A stretch of DNA of 39,214 nt from a virus (lineage: Duplodnaviria > Caudoviricetes): positions 1 to 39,214 of IMG/VR virus record IMGVR_UViG_3300027818_000001; one strand, 5' to 3'. The notes beneath the pieces were generated by a model. It had not been told where the DNA came from, did not search any database, and saw nothing but the letters and a program-made list of their open reading frames with translations. The stretch's first letter is position 1. Each line of letters begins with the position of its first letter. Positions 8,805 to 17,980 of the stretch are shown here, one piece after another. The position numbers and the translations under genes are program-made.

Positions 8805-8977
8805 TCTCCCGCTCCTTTCTCCATCCATTCGTGTTTATGACAAAATAAACATTCTCTTTGGACGGCACCACAATATTTTAATTTTGGGTCATGAATGTAT
8901 ATTGTGTCTGTTAGCCGTTTATATCCCCATAAATGCAACCCCAAAAAACATAGTATTCTGCTTAATAACATATTCAT
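8801..8977 (-). CDS. Small Cys/His protein (DUF1660-like)
   Basis: RILCFLGLHLW...RECLFC. Confidence 0.55.
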   Translation of the reverse strand: MNMLLSRILCFLGLHLWGYKRLTDTIYIHDPKLKYCGAVQRECLFCHKHEWMEKGAGE

Positions 8978-9031
8978 CTTTCTTTCCCCCACCCCTCTAT
9001 TTTTGCGTTAAGTTCGTCTATAACAGAATTT

Positions 9032-9217
9032 CTACCATTTAGGATAGATTAAAATAAACGTCTGATTAACAAAACCATTAGGTATTACAACTACCTTAGA
9101 TAAACGTGCAGAATTAAAATTCAGATTAGTCATATAAATACAAAGTTCATCTATTGTTGGAAACGATTTCGCTAACCAAACTATCAAAATAGTCAAAAAT
9201 ACTCTAAATATTTTCAT
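9032..9217 (-). CDS. Hypothetical protein with hydrophobic N-terminus
   Basis: AGGGAG RBS before MKIFRVFLTILIVWLAK. Confidence 0.45.
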   Translation of the reverse strand: MKIFRVFLTILIVWLAKSFPTIDELCIYMTNLNFNSARLSKVVVIPNGFVNQTFILIYPKW

Positions 9218-9416
9218 AATAGTTCTCCCTAAAATACGCCTCGCAGAGGAATATGATAAAACGAGCCACATCCCTTAAATCTTTATCTGCTTTATTATTT
9301 ATTGTTCTGGATATTGTTATTTATAAATTCCCCCTACCGTTCTGTGTGTTATTTGGGGTCATGTAAATTTACCTCCTCTGAATGGCGATGGGTTAATACC
9401 CACCCCCTTTTTATTT

Positions 9417-10214
9417 TCACGCCTTCATCAAACATTTATACGCCGCCGGTCTTGCCCATGTTCTTTGGAAATCCCGCCATTCTTTTGAATATTGTTTTTT
9501 AGATTCATCTTTATAAAGCATGGCGAATGGCAACAATCCTAATTCATAAACTAATCTTAATCGATATTCTTCTTGCTGTTTATCCTTTCCGATCAAAACA
9601 TAACATCGCATTTTGTTTCTATTAAAATATTTCCCTAATTTTTGCATAGCTTTTTTAAGCGGAATAATAGCGCTTCCCGTATCGCACGCAAGCCAGATGT
9701 CTTTTATGCTCGGCAATGACCGCAACCGCTCAACGAATTTATCTGTTATCCGTCGGGCTTCAAGCCCTTGATTAAAAGACACTTGTTTTTGTTTTTTAAG
9801 CATCTCAAACACTTTGTCAAGATGCGATTCGGAGCAAGCCGTCAAATTATTATCAAGCACAATGTTTCCTTCCTTCACTTCTAATTCTCTCAGTTTCCCT
9901 TCACGCTTCGGCACGAAACAAAACCAGCAGTTATTCGGGCATCCCCTTGATGTTATCGTAACACCTTTCTTGACATACATTCCGGGGATAAACTCGCCGC
10001 CGGGATCGCCATACGCACAACCGCCGAGCTTAACTTTGCCTTTATGCTCCCATTGAAACGCCAACTCTTCGGCTTTCTGCTTATCCCACGTAAACACGGT
10101 CGATATGTGTATCTCATCATAATCCGGCGTAAACATATCCGGCGTATCGTAATAGGCATCAGCGTCTATCGGCGTCATGCTTGTTCTGCTTGGAAATACT
10201 CTTGCTATTCTCAC
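9417..10214 (-). CDS. Radical SAM superfamily protein
   Basis: TSRGCPNNCWFC (CxxxCxxC), LDNN, FNQGLEAR, CYVLIG. Confidence 0.85.
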   Translation of the reverse strand: MRIARVFPSRTSMTPIDADAYYDTPDMFTPDYDEIHISTVFTWDKQKAEELAFQWEHKGKVKLGGCAYGDPGGEFIPGMYVKKGVTITSRGCPNNCWFCFVPKREGKLRELEVKEGNIVLDNNLTACSESHLDKVFEMLKKQKQVSFNQGLEARRITDKFVERLRSLPSIKDIWLACDTGSAIIPLKKAMQKLGKYFNRNKMRCYVLIGKDKQQEEYRLRLVYELGLLPFAMLYKDESKKQYSKEWRDFQRTWARPAAYKCLMKA

Positions 10215-10360
10215 GCCTTCATCCTCGCATATTGTTTCCCGATAGACATAAACAATTCTTCTGTCCCCTTCTTTACTTCTTCACTTTCATCTTTAAATGC
10301 GTCTTTTCTTAATGCGTAGAGTAATAGTCCGACTTCACTATACGGAATTTCGATTTGCAT
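10211..10360 (-). CDS. 49-aa hypothetical protein (not in the ORF track)
   Basis: GAGGAGG RBS; MQIEIPYSEVGLLLYALRK...; stop overlaps the GTG of the radical SAM gene. Confidence 0.55.
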   Translation of the reverse strand: MQIEIPYSEVGLLLYALRKDAFKDESEEVKKGTEELFMSIGKQYARMKA

Positions 10361-11256
10361 TGTTTTTCCTCCTCTTCTTTTTTCTTGCGTTCCGATATTT
10401 CATTAAACGTCATTTCTCTAAGCATATTGTTTTCAAGTATTAACTCAATATGGTCAAGATTCCCCGTTCTTCTATTAGCGAGTAAATAAATCCCCGCTGT
10501 ATTGTCAAATTCAACAATACCCTCAGCTATTATACCGTGTCGTTTAATCATCATTACTGCGTCAGCTTCCTGCGCAATAAACGAACTGTCGCGTAGATCA
10601 GCCAGGTCAGGCACGTTTTCAATCCGTATTTTCTGCGTATGTGCCAGTAGAAATATAACAATTTTCCTGTCAATAGCGATGGTCTTTAACTCTCTCATAA
10701 TAGCTCCGATAAGCAATGACGTATTAATCGACTGCCCCAAGCTAATAAGATAATGCAAATGGTCTATAAATACTATCCTTGTACCGTACTTAACTTGAGA
10801 TTCAATAATCCGCTCTTCAATCCAATCAATTCCATGATTCTTTACCCTGCGCGGAATATGGAAATGCGGCAACTTAGGAAACTTTTTAAGAAAATTATGC
10901 GTTGATACTTCAAAAGAAAACCATAGCGGGAAATTGCCGTTACCGCACATATTCTGCGTAAATGATTGCGCCAATGTAGTCTTGCCGTTCTTTTGAGCGC
11001 CGGATATAACTATCAGCTCACCTTCCTCAAAATTTTCCATTAAAGCGTCAATCTTCGGGAATCCGCACCTATACGTAAAAACTGTATCTCCCTTTTCTTT
11101 AATCTCATTAATTGCGTCCTCAGTAGAAATAACCCTGTCTTCGCCAGCATATTCTTTAAACTTTAAATCCTCAATAAAATCTTTATTTTGCTCATTCTCT
11201 TTTTCAATAACCCTTTCCACTTCTGCCGCTAAATCGGTGACTGTCTCATCTGGCAT
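10309..11256 (-). CDS. DnaB-like (SF4) replicative helicase, short N-terminus
   Basis: GAQKNGKT, FSFE, IVFIDHLH, LRDSSFIAQEAD, NRRTG. Confidence 0.88.
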   Translation of the reverse strand: MPDETVTDLAAEVERVIEKENEQNKDFIEDLKFKEYAGEDRVISTEDAINEIKEKGDTVFTYRCGFPKIDALMENFEEGELIVISGAQKNGKTTLAQSFTQNMCGNGNFPLWFSFEVSTHNFLKKFPKLPHFHIPRRVKNHGIDWIEERIIESQVKYGTRIVFIDHLHYLISLGQSINTSLLIGAIMRELKTIAIDRKIVIFLLAHTQKIRIENVPDLADLRDSSFIAQEADAVMMIKRHGIIAEGIVEFDNTAGIYLLANRRTGNLDHIELILENNMLREMTFNEISERKKKEEEEKQCKSKFRIVKSDYYSTH

Positions 11257-11438
11257 AATGCCTCCAATAATTTATCAATCCGATCATTGCACGCTTTTTC
11301 GTATCTATCAATCACATTCTTTGTAATAACAAAATCAGAATACGCCCGATTCCATTCCTGTTCGTTTAGAATAGGTTTGATATTATTTTTTGCGCAATTC
11401 GATAAATAACGCTTAAAACTTAAATGATTTTGGTTCAT
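11229..11438 (-). CDS. Hypothetical protein between initiator and helicase
   Basis: 69-aa ORF overlapping both neighbours. Confidence 0.5.
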   Translation of the reverse strand: MNQNHLSFKRYLSNCAKNNIKPILNEQEWNRAYSDFVITKNVIDRYEKACNDRIDKLLEALCQMRQSPI

Positions 11439-12108
11439 TTGTATAATTCACCCAATCCCGCCAATTATTAAACCACGTTGCACCATTTTGTATCATACCT
11501 TTTTTTACTTCTTCGCTTGCTTTATATTTTTCAAGAGCTTTATTTATATCAATCCAATCCTGCTCTGTTTTAACAGAAGCAATAAAATGACGTAATGCGG
11601 CTTTCTTTCCAATAGGTCTTGGATACTTTGCCCAGATTTCTTCAAAAGCGTCTCCCCCCTTAACAATCCCCAAGACTTTATCCTTATCCTTATCCTTATC
11701 CTTATCCTTATCCTTGAGACCTGATTCAGGTCTCTTTGAGACCTCTTTCAGACCTCTTTTATGGATGAAAGAAATATGGCTCTCTAATTTGTATTGAATT
11801 AGCAGGTTGATTACAGAGCGGTGTGCATCAAGGTGTTTTGATAAGCCGCGCGGATACTGAAAACAAATAAACTTCGGAATGAACCATTTTTCATCATCTA
11901 TCCTTATTATCCTCCCATTGAACTCTGTTTCTACTTTTTGCCAATCTATTACGCCGATATGATACTCTACAAGTTTTTTATTAACCTTCCATATTCCCGC
12001 ATGATTGCAGTTATCGCAAAGGAATAGCCAGAATAATTTTAATTCATTCGGAAGGTTATCAAACCAGCTGTCATTCCATTTTTCAGAGTCAGTGAATCGT
12101 TTCGCCAT
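11413..12108 (-). CDS. Phage replication initiator / replisome organiser
   Basis: MAKRFTD..KW.D.WF N-terminus, DKDK linker, C-terminal FEEIWAKYP...K..A and NGATWFN; upstream of the helicase. Confidence 0.8.
   Translation of the reverse strand: MAKRFTDSEKWNDSWFDNLPNELKLFWLFLCDNCNHAGIWKVNKKLVEYHIGVIDWQKVETEFNGRIIRIDDEKWFIPKFICFQYPRGLSKHLDAHRSVINLLIQYKLESHISFIHKRGLKEVSKRPESGLKDKDKDKDKDKDKVLGIVKGGDAFEEIWAKYPRPIGKKAALRHFIASVKTEQDWIDINKALEKYKASEEVKKGMIQNGATWFNNWRDWVNYTNEPKSFKF
11678..11713. repeat. (TTATCC)x6 tandem repeat encoding the DKDK linker
   Basis: Read directly from the sequence. Confidence 0.9.
11714..11757. repeat. Four 11-bp iteron-like repeats; candidate replication origin
   Basis: TTGAGACCTGA, TTCAGGTCTCT, TTGAGACCTCT, TTCAGACCTCT in tandem inside the initiator gene. 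Confidence 0.65.
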
Positions 12109-12209
12109 AAATTAAAAGCCCCCTCGGTCTCTGTAGGGATTGGCTACAGAAACTCTGGGGGTTTATTATTTTCTCTTAAAATAAAAAACGCCCTGCCAAT
12201 CCCAAGACG
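12109..12209 (-). promoter_or_regulatory. Structured 5' leader: two hairpins with complementary 7-nt loops
   Basis: CGTCTTG-GGATTGG-CAGGGCG and GTTTCTGTAG-CCAATCC-CTACAGAGAC; the SD-like GAGGGGG lies in the second stem. Confidence 0.65.
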
Positions 12210-12241
12210 ATATTAAATTCCTTTTTTCCTTCTCAAGATAA

Positions 12242-12271
12242 AGCATATCATAATTCCTGTAACCTTGTCAA
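12242..12271 (-). promoter_or_regulatory. sigma70-type promoter of the replication operon
   Basis: TTGACA, 18 nt, extended -10 TGn-TATGCT; T-tract upstream. Confidence 0.7.
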
Positions 12272-12287
12272 GAAAAAAAATATACCA

Positions 12288-14480
12288 TTAAACAACCAAA
12301 TCAAACAAGTCTTTTTTATTAGCACAAGCAACGTCAAGATTCTTAATTGCCGTATTATAATATTCTTGTTTCAATTCAATCCCTATAAATTTACGATCAA
12401 GATTAATAGCTTCATAACCTTCGCTTCCAATACCCATAAACGGGGAAAATACAACCTCTTTTTTATTGCTCCAAAGCCGGATACATCGATTAATAACGTC
12501 CAACTGAAGCGGACACATATGCTTTTCGTCTTTATCTGTCCTCGCTTCTCGAAAATTAAGAGTATTTGTTTCCCGAATATCAGTCCATATCGGATGAGCA
12601 AGTTTTATCCATTCTTCATTGTTTAAGTCAGTATTGATTCTAACTTCGTTATCACCACGTTTGCGGAATACACAAATATAATCGGGGATTCCTTGCCTTG
12701 AATCACTACTGTCTTTATGTAATTGCTTAAACATCAAACCCTTTGCATGAGTTCTGATAGCTGCCGCTTGTGGGTTTTTCTGTATGCAGATTTCCGAATG
12801 ATATATAAAACCTTCCTTCTGAAATGCTCGTATAATATCACCTCTAAAATCTAATAACCCGATATAACCATGATTAACAAGTTTTGTCGGTAGATTCATA
12901 CAGTGAACAGCAATCAATCTGCCTTGTTTTATAACTCTCAATAATTCTTTAATGATGTATTTAAAATGCTCAAAGAACTCATCATTGTTTTGGCAGTTTC
13001 CTAAGTCGCGTTCAGACGGTGAATAAGTATATAGCGATGCAAACGGCGGCGAGAACACACTAAAATCAATAGAGTTTTCTTTCAAGTCTTTCATTACTTC
13101 GCATGAGTCGCCCAGATAAACTTCATAGTTTAGCGTTTTTGCTTTTTCCATTTTGTAAATCTCCTTTACGTGTGATGTAGGATTCAATTCATCTTTTTCA
13201 AAATCTTTTACATACTTAATGACATTATTAAAAGTATCCTGTGATGTTTTTTCTTTTCTCTTTACATTATCAAGTATTGCTGATTCCTCGCCTGCAAGCC
13301 ATATTTTTACATTAACAGGGTTTTTTTGACCGAATCTATAACAGCGCCGGATACATTGATAATAAGATTCATAACTATCCGACATTCCGAAAAAGTGCAT
13401 ATTATGGCAATTCTGAAAATTTAATCCGAACCCTGCTATTTTGCTTTTGGTTAATAAGACTCTTATTTTCCCTCTTTTAAATTCTTTTATCTTTCGTATC
13501 TTTTCTTCTTCGGTATCACTGCCTTGCAGGTTTTCTGAATCAGGTATGAGTTTATGCAATACCGTTGATTCTTCGTTTAATCCGCACCATACTATTGCCT
13601 GTTCATTGCTTTGGTTTATCTCATTTGCAATACGTTCTATTTTTGTTGATATGCTTTGCTTTCGTATGTTTAACCTATCCGTTATACCTTTTAATCCAGA
13701 ACTAAAAAGCTCATCATCTTTCTTATACTCAAAATCAAAATATTCTCCGGTAATATTTAATTCGGGGAGAATAAACCCATCATCTTTAAAACCTAAATCA
13801 GATGGATACTTTATAAACATAGCCCACGTTGACATCCACTTATAAAATGCTGTTATCGCATGACCTTTGATTTCCCAGCCAGTGCCTTTATTCTCACGAT
13901 TAACAAAATACTTTGATAGCATTTCTTCACGTTTCATGATTCCTAAAAACTCTGTATGATTGGCTATTTCTGATATGTCATTAGGTGCCGGCGTTGCGGT
14001 GCAGGCAAGCTTAAATTTTAAACCTTGCGATAATTCAATTAATTTTTTTCTTGTTTTACCGCTTACTGACTTGAGTATACTTGACTCATCGAGGACAATC
14101 CCGACATAATCATTGAAGTTAATATTATCAAGATTCTCATAATTACAGATTTTAATCTTAACATCGTCGTCAATGTCGTATCTGGATACTTTAATATCAA
14201 TCTTTTTTCCTTCGTCTATCGTCTGTTCATTTACCGATAATGGAGCGAAGATAATAATCTTCCCTTTGATTTCATTCACTATATTATTAGCCCATACAAG
14301 CTGTAAAAATGTTTTTCCCAAACCCGTATCAGCAAATATCGCACACCGTCCTTTTTTGCAAGCCCATCTGGTTATTGCTTTTTGAAAGTCAAATAGTTTG
14401 TCGGGAATAGTAATATTTTCAATTCCAACTGATGACCCATAATTTAATTTTGTGCTTAAAAAATCCTTGTAATTTCTCAT
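12288..14480 (-). CDS. SF2 (SNF2-like) helicase fused to a beta-class N4-C/N6-A DNA methyltransferase
   Basis: ADTGLGKT, LDESS, TATP, QCIRRCYRFGQ, then GDSCE, FSPPF, HMCP and SPFMGIGSEG. Confidence 0.88.
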   Translation of the reverse strand: MRNYKDFLSTKLNYGSSVGIENITIPDKLFDFQKAITRWACKKGRCAIFADTGLGKTFLQLVWANNIVNEIKGKIIIFAPLSVNEQTIDEGKKIDIKVSRYDIDDDVKIKICNYENLDNINFNDYVGIVLDESSILKSVSGKTRKKLIELSQGLKFKLACTATPAPNDISEIANHTEFLGIMKREEMLSKYFVNRENKGTGWEIKGHAITAFYKWMSTWAMFIKYPSDLGFKDDGFILPELNITGEYFDFEYKKDDELFSSGLKGITDRLNIRKQSISTKIERIANEINQSNEQAIVWCGLNEESTVLHKLIPDSENLQGSDTEEEKIRKIKEFKRGKIRVLLTKSKIAGFGLNFQNCHNMHFFGMSDSYESYYQCIRRCYRFGQKNPVNVKIWLAGEESAILDNVKRKEKTSQDTFNNVIKYVKDFEKDELNPTSHVKEIYKMEKAKTLNYEVYLGDSCEVMKDLKENSIDFSVFSPPFASLYTYSPSERDLGNCQNNDEFFEHFKYIIKELLRVIKQGRLIAVHCMNLPTKLVNHGYIGLLDFRGDIIRAFQKEGFIYHSEICIQKNPQAAAIRTHAKGLMFKQLHKDSSDSRQGIPDYICVFRKRGDNEVRINTDLNNEEWIKLAHPIWTDIRETNTLNFREARTDKDEKHMCPLQLDVINRCIRLWSNKKEVVFSPFMGIGSEGYEAINLDRKFIGIELKQEYYNTAIKNLDVACANKKDLFDLVV

Positions 14481-14493
14481 AAAATCCTCATTT

Positions 14494-14634
14494 TTAATGA
14501 ATAAATAAAGTAGAAAAAGTTATAAATCCTGCTGACAACCAATATCCCGCCCTCGCATAATCTCGCTGCCAAAAATAAACAACGCTGGCGCTGAGATCCA
14601 AAATAATCAAGATGACAGGAAATACGTGTTTCAT
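14494..14634 (-). CDS. Small two-helix membrane protein
   Basis: MKHVFPVILIILDLSASVVYF...YWLSAGFITFSTLF. Confidence 0.6.
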   Translation of the reverse strand: MKHVFPVILIILDLSASVVYFWQRDYARAGYWLSAGFITFSTLFIH

Positions 14635-14849
14635 AACATCACCATCTGATCGCCTTCCCACTTCTGCAATTTCCACCGCTTAAACCGCTTACCTTCCGGG
14701 AAGAAACTCACGAGCTTCCCTTCCCGCTCAAGGTCATTCATCCGGGTTGCTATATTGTTCTGGCTATACCCTTCAATACAAATCTCATGCACTGCCGAAC
14801 CCTGCGGCATCCAGCGGAGTTTCTCGAGTATCAGCTCTTTGCAGGTCAT
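14631..14849 (-). CDS. Putative winged-helix DNA-binding protein
   Basis: ILEKL...SQNNIATRMNDLEREGKL followed by a beta hairpin. Confidence 0.55.
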   Translation of the reverse strand: MTCKELILEKLRWMPQGSAVHEICIEGYSQNNIATRMNDLEREGKLVSFFPEGKRFKRWKLQKWEGDQMVML

Positions 14850-14859
14850 AACATCCCCC

Positions 14860-15033
14860 TCATAAACACATATACTTACCCATTGCTACCACCCAATAGA
14901 TAATAACCCCGATAAGAAATAATATCATCGTAAACGCCAGACAAACAGCTAATACTAATAAAGTAACGTATGCTGAGGCGATGTAACGATCAATGTATGC
15001 GATATACTTATTTTCGTTTAAATCAGCGCTCAT
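14860..15033 (-). CDS. 57-aa membrane protein (not in the ORF track)
   Basis: GGGG RBS; long hydrophobic run YVTLLVLAVCLAFTMILFLIGVIIYWVVAM. Confidence 0.55.
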   Translation of the reverse strand: MSADLNENKYIAYIDRYIASAYVTLLVLAVCLAFTMILFLIGVIIYWVVAMGKYMCL

Positions 15034-15128
15034 ACTTTTTCCCCATGAAACCCCTGAAAACGCAACCTAAGCCCTGTTTAACGCCTTCCCGTTGATTTTA
15101 ACGGGAGTGCCAGAACCCAGAACCATTA

Positions 15129-15782
15129 TTAAACCTCAACACAATAAAATCGTATGCCGGGAATGGGAATACTATCATGCGTCGCTGTCGCCTGCTTGCG
15201 CAATTTCTCATCACTCGGCATAAGATACGCGCGCGGAATAAGCGATTCATCCAAGATTTCATACTTCCATAGCGTGCGGGATACAAACCCTTTCGGACGC
15301 TCAAAGGTCGGCGCAACTACAGGGACCGGCACGTTTTCTGCCTTTGCCTCGTATTTTTCAGCTATATTCTCTTTACCGGCAGCGCGTGCCTCTTCCGCCT
15401 TCCGCATTGCTTCAATCCTTTTCTTTTCCGCTTCTGCCTGCAATTTTGCTTCTGCTTCCCTGCGCTTCCGTTCCTGCTCATTCTCGTATTGCAATAACAA
15501 TACCCGCGCTTTCTTGTATGCGCTTTCGTAGTTTTCAAGCGCAGGTCGGAATAAATTCATCACGTTTTTTTTTGCTTCATCAATCGGCATGGTTATCTTT
15601 TTTCTTTCAATATCAATTTCTTTGTATCGTTCCTTCGCCATTTTTTCAAACTGTATAACCTGCTCATAATCAGATTGATTCCTGATAATAATAGCGTTTG
15701 CTCTGGTCAATATTAATGCCGAATCATGTCCTTCCTTCTCTGCTGATGTTACGTCAATATCATTAATTTTTATTTTTGTCAT
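15129..15782 (-). CDS. Coiled-coil protein of the recombination module
   Basis: ERKKIT.P.DEAKK, E/A/K-rich coil, C-terminal IPRAYL.P...IPG motif seen in phage recombination loci. Confidence 0.65.
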   Translation of the reverse strand: MTKIKINDIDVTSAEKEGHDSALILTRANAIIIRNQSDYEQVIQFEKMAKERYKEIDIERKKITMPIDEAKKNVMNLFRPALENYESAYKKARVLLLQYENEQERKRREAEAKLQAEAEKKRIEAMRKAEEARAAGKENIAEKYEAKAENVPVPVVAPTFERPKGFVSRTLWKYEILDESLIPRAYLMPSDEKLRKQATATHDSIPIPGIRFYCVEV

Positions 15783-16392
15783 AAACAATCCCCCTTTTTT
15801 TTAACAAACGATAAAACTGAATTATACAAATACAATCATTTTTTATCTCGGCAAACCTCCTTTTTTCTACCGCAACTACCTTATAATTATCAGGCAGAAG
15901 ATGCACGGTCATCATGCCGTTGATTTTTAGTTCAGGATGATTTTCTTCCCAGAGCATTTTATAAAACATTAATTTCAAATCGTCGTTCTTTGCCGGCGAT
16001 ATGTTCGTCTTGATGTCTATTAGCCAACGTACCGGCATAAATTTTCTGGTTGATTCGCCTATTCTATCATGCCTGCCGGCAAAACCGTATCTTTTGGAAT
16101 ATTCTTTCCCTTCTATCGATATAAACTTAATATCAAATTCATTTATGAATTTTATCCAGCCCCGAAGATAACCTTGTGTTAATTCGTCGATTGATTTAAT
16201 TTCAAGCGTACCCTTGTCATGATATTCGCAAGTTTTATGCACCACATCCCCAAAATGAAAAGCGGATTCCCGACGGTCTTCGGGGATACCGGAAAAATCA
16301 TTTATCCCGACGGCTGATAACATTTCATTAACGCCGGGTATCCGCTTATCATTCCAAAAATATTGATGTCCTTCGTCAATATAGGTTAACAT
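15763..16392 (-). CDS. PD-(D/E)XK nuclease (exonuclease-like)
   Basis: H.Y...PGV..L, G..VH, FAGRHD, IDIKT. Confidence 0.75.
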   Translation of the reverse strand: MLTYIDEGHQYFWNDKRIPGVNEMLSAVGINDFSGIPEDRRESAFHFGDVVHKTCEYHDKGTLEIKSIDELTQGYLRGWIKFINEFDIKFISIEGKEYSKRYGFAGRHDRIGESTRKFMPVRWLIDIKTNISPAKNDDLKLMFYKMLWEENHPELKINGMMTVHLLPDNYKVVAVEKRRFAEIKNDCICIIQFYRLLKKRGIVYDKNKN

Positions 16393-17276
16393 TACTTTTG
16401 CGCGTTCCCTTCCCACATTGCATCGGTCTCAACGATAACTTCCCTTTTATGCTCTTTTTCTTGCGGCATTGATACGTCAGATTTCGCCGACAAACCAAAT
16501 GCTTCTTTTATGGTCGTATCACCGTCCTTGATAGCGGTATAAACACCGATAAGCAATTCAACGTCCGTCAAATCAATATCCTCAACGGAAGGTTTCTTGA
16601 CAAGCTTCAAAACCATCTCTTCGGTAACCTTCATATCCCCGAACTTCGCCATCATCGAGAATACCCGCTCTTTTAGGGTCTTGAGCGTGCCCACCGCTGC
16701 TTTCTTTGCCTGTTCATAGATTATCTGGGTATACACTTTCGGCACAACCTTAAAAATAGCATTTCGTAAAGCAATAGAACACGCGGCATTCTTTGTAACC
16801 TGAATCATATCATCGCTGAACTTGAGTCCGTTCTTATTCGTTATCCGCCGGCTTACCTCAATCGTCGTTGATACGTTCTTTTCAAGGTCATGTGTTACGC
16901 CCTGCGCAACGACTTCTTTTTCGTTCTCGGAAACAATCCGCGCCCCGAATCTTACGTTACCCCACGCGCTCGCTATGATTTCAGCCAGCCGCACACTGGG
17001 ACCCTCAATCCGCTTATCAGCTCTCGGCAGCACATAGAAACATTGCCCTGCAATCGTCTTGTCAGCAGTTGCCATTGTCAACGCTTCCTGCCGGAATCGC
17101 TTGATACTTCTTGGATACTTTTTTGCGGTTGCCACAGCACAATCAATTTCTGCTCTGGTTATCTCTTCAAGCGCGGTAGGTTCTTGTATGGCAGGCAACA
17201 TCGGTTCATCAGAATGAATCGAATCAACTAACCCCTTCTCTGATTCCTCAACATATTCTTTTTTGCGTCTTCCCAT
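16392..17276 (-). CDS. Putative recombination / single-strand annealing protein
   Basis: TAKKYPR, IEGPSVRLAE, WGN, SIALRNAI; TAATG-coupled to the nuclease. Function inferred from position. Confidence 0.55.
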   Translation of the reverse strand: MGRRKKEYVEESEKGLVDSIHSDEPMLPAIQEPTALEEITRAEIDCAVATAKKYPRSIKRFRQEALTMATADKTIAGQCFYVLPRADKRIEGPSVRLAEIIASAWGNVRFGARIVSENEKEVVAQGVTHDLEKNVSTTIEVSRRITNKNGLKFSDDMIQVTKNAACSIALRNAIFKVVPKVYTQIIYEQAKKAAVGTLKTLKERVFSMMAKFGDMKVTEEMVLKLVKKPSVEDIDLTDVELLIGVYTAIKDGDTTIKEAFGLSAKSDVSMPQEKEHKREVIVETDAMWEGNAQK

Positions 17277-17310
17277 TTTATTCACCTCATCCTATTAGAT
17301 TTTTTCTATT

Positions 17311-17484
17311 TCAGATTTTCCCTCTATCCTTCAAAAACACCTCCAGCATATCCCGCATGATGATACTGTAGGGACACGCTCTCTCTCGTGCAGCTTCTCT
17401 CAATTTTTCCCGCCATATTCTCGGACAGTAAAAATTGAGCATTACTCGCTTGTCGGTTTTTCCTATTACCTGCGCCTCTTTCAT
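17311..17484 (-). CDS. Ribbon-helix-helix-like transcriptional regulator
   Basis: Strand VMLNFY followed by helices WREKLREAARER and YSIIMRDMLEVFL; strong GGGAGGTG RBS. Confidence 0.55.
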   Translation of the reverse strand: MKEAQVIGKTDKRVMLNFYCPRIWREKLREAARERACPYSIIMRDMLEVFLKDRGKI

Positions 17485-17513
17485 TTTTATCACCTCCCCT
17501 CTTCAATAGGAAT

Positions 17514-17543
17514 ACTATATATAAATTATAATTACTTTGTCAA
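17514..17543 (-). promoter_or_regulatory. sigma70-type promoter
   Basis: TTGACA, 18 nt, TATAGT; intergenic. Confidence 0.7.
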
Positions 17544-17553
17544 GAAATATTCT

Positions 17554-17730
17554 TTATTCTTTTTCTTCCCATTCGCCTTCACCATTACAATCAGGGCATA
17601 TATCATTTTCAAACCATTCATCCCGTGCATAAGAGATTATGCCCGTCCCGTCGCAATTCTCACATTTAACCATTTCATATCGTATCGGATACGCCTGCGC
17701 TGATTGCAAATCTGTTGTTTTTATTATCAT
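17554..17730 (-). CDS. 58-aa DnaJ-type Zn-finger mini-protein (not in the ORF track)
   Basis: CENCDGTG and CPDCNGEG (two CxxCxGxG); AAAGGA RBS. Confidence 0.7.
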   Translation of the reverse strand: MIIKTTDLQSAQAYPIRYEMVKCENCDGTGIISYARDEWFENDICPDCNGEGEWEEKE

Positions 17731-17742
17731 ATATTCCTTTCT

Positions 17743-17970
17743 TTAAAGATGCGCAAAATAAAAATCGTTTTCATCTTCAATATCCGGCTTCTGCTTGCAT
17801 TTCTCGATGAACGATACACGGTCAAAAATCGTCGGATATTTTTCATCAAGACTATCTGCCATCAGTTCAATCGTGTCATCATCTACATCAGCGGAATTTT
17901 GAAACATCTCAATTAGTTTCTGCTCTTTACGCGCAAGTTCAGCTTCTATGCCCCACAAAGGTTTCGCCAT
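17743..17970 (-). CDS. Acidic hypothetical early protein
   Basis: GAGGTG RBS; D/E rich. Confidence 0.65.
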   Translation of the reverse strand: MAKPLWGIEAELARKEQKLIEMFQNSADVDDDTIELMADSLDEKYPTIFDRVSFIEKCKQKPDIEDENDFYFAHL

Positions 17971-17980
17971 TTTAATCACC

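Noticed and set aside
11678-11757. CRISPR-like array
   Set aside because: Units are 6 and 11 bp, contiguous, without spacers and inside a coding region.
15034-15128. tRNA or ncRNA in the intergenic region with the TCCCGTT/AACGGGA hairpin
   Set aside because: No cloverleaf, T-loop or U-tract; a single short stem is too little evidence.
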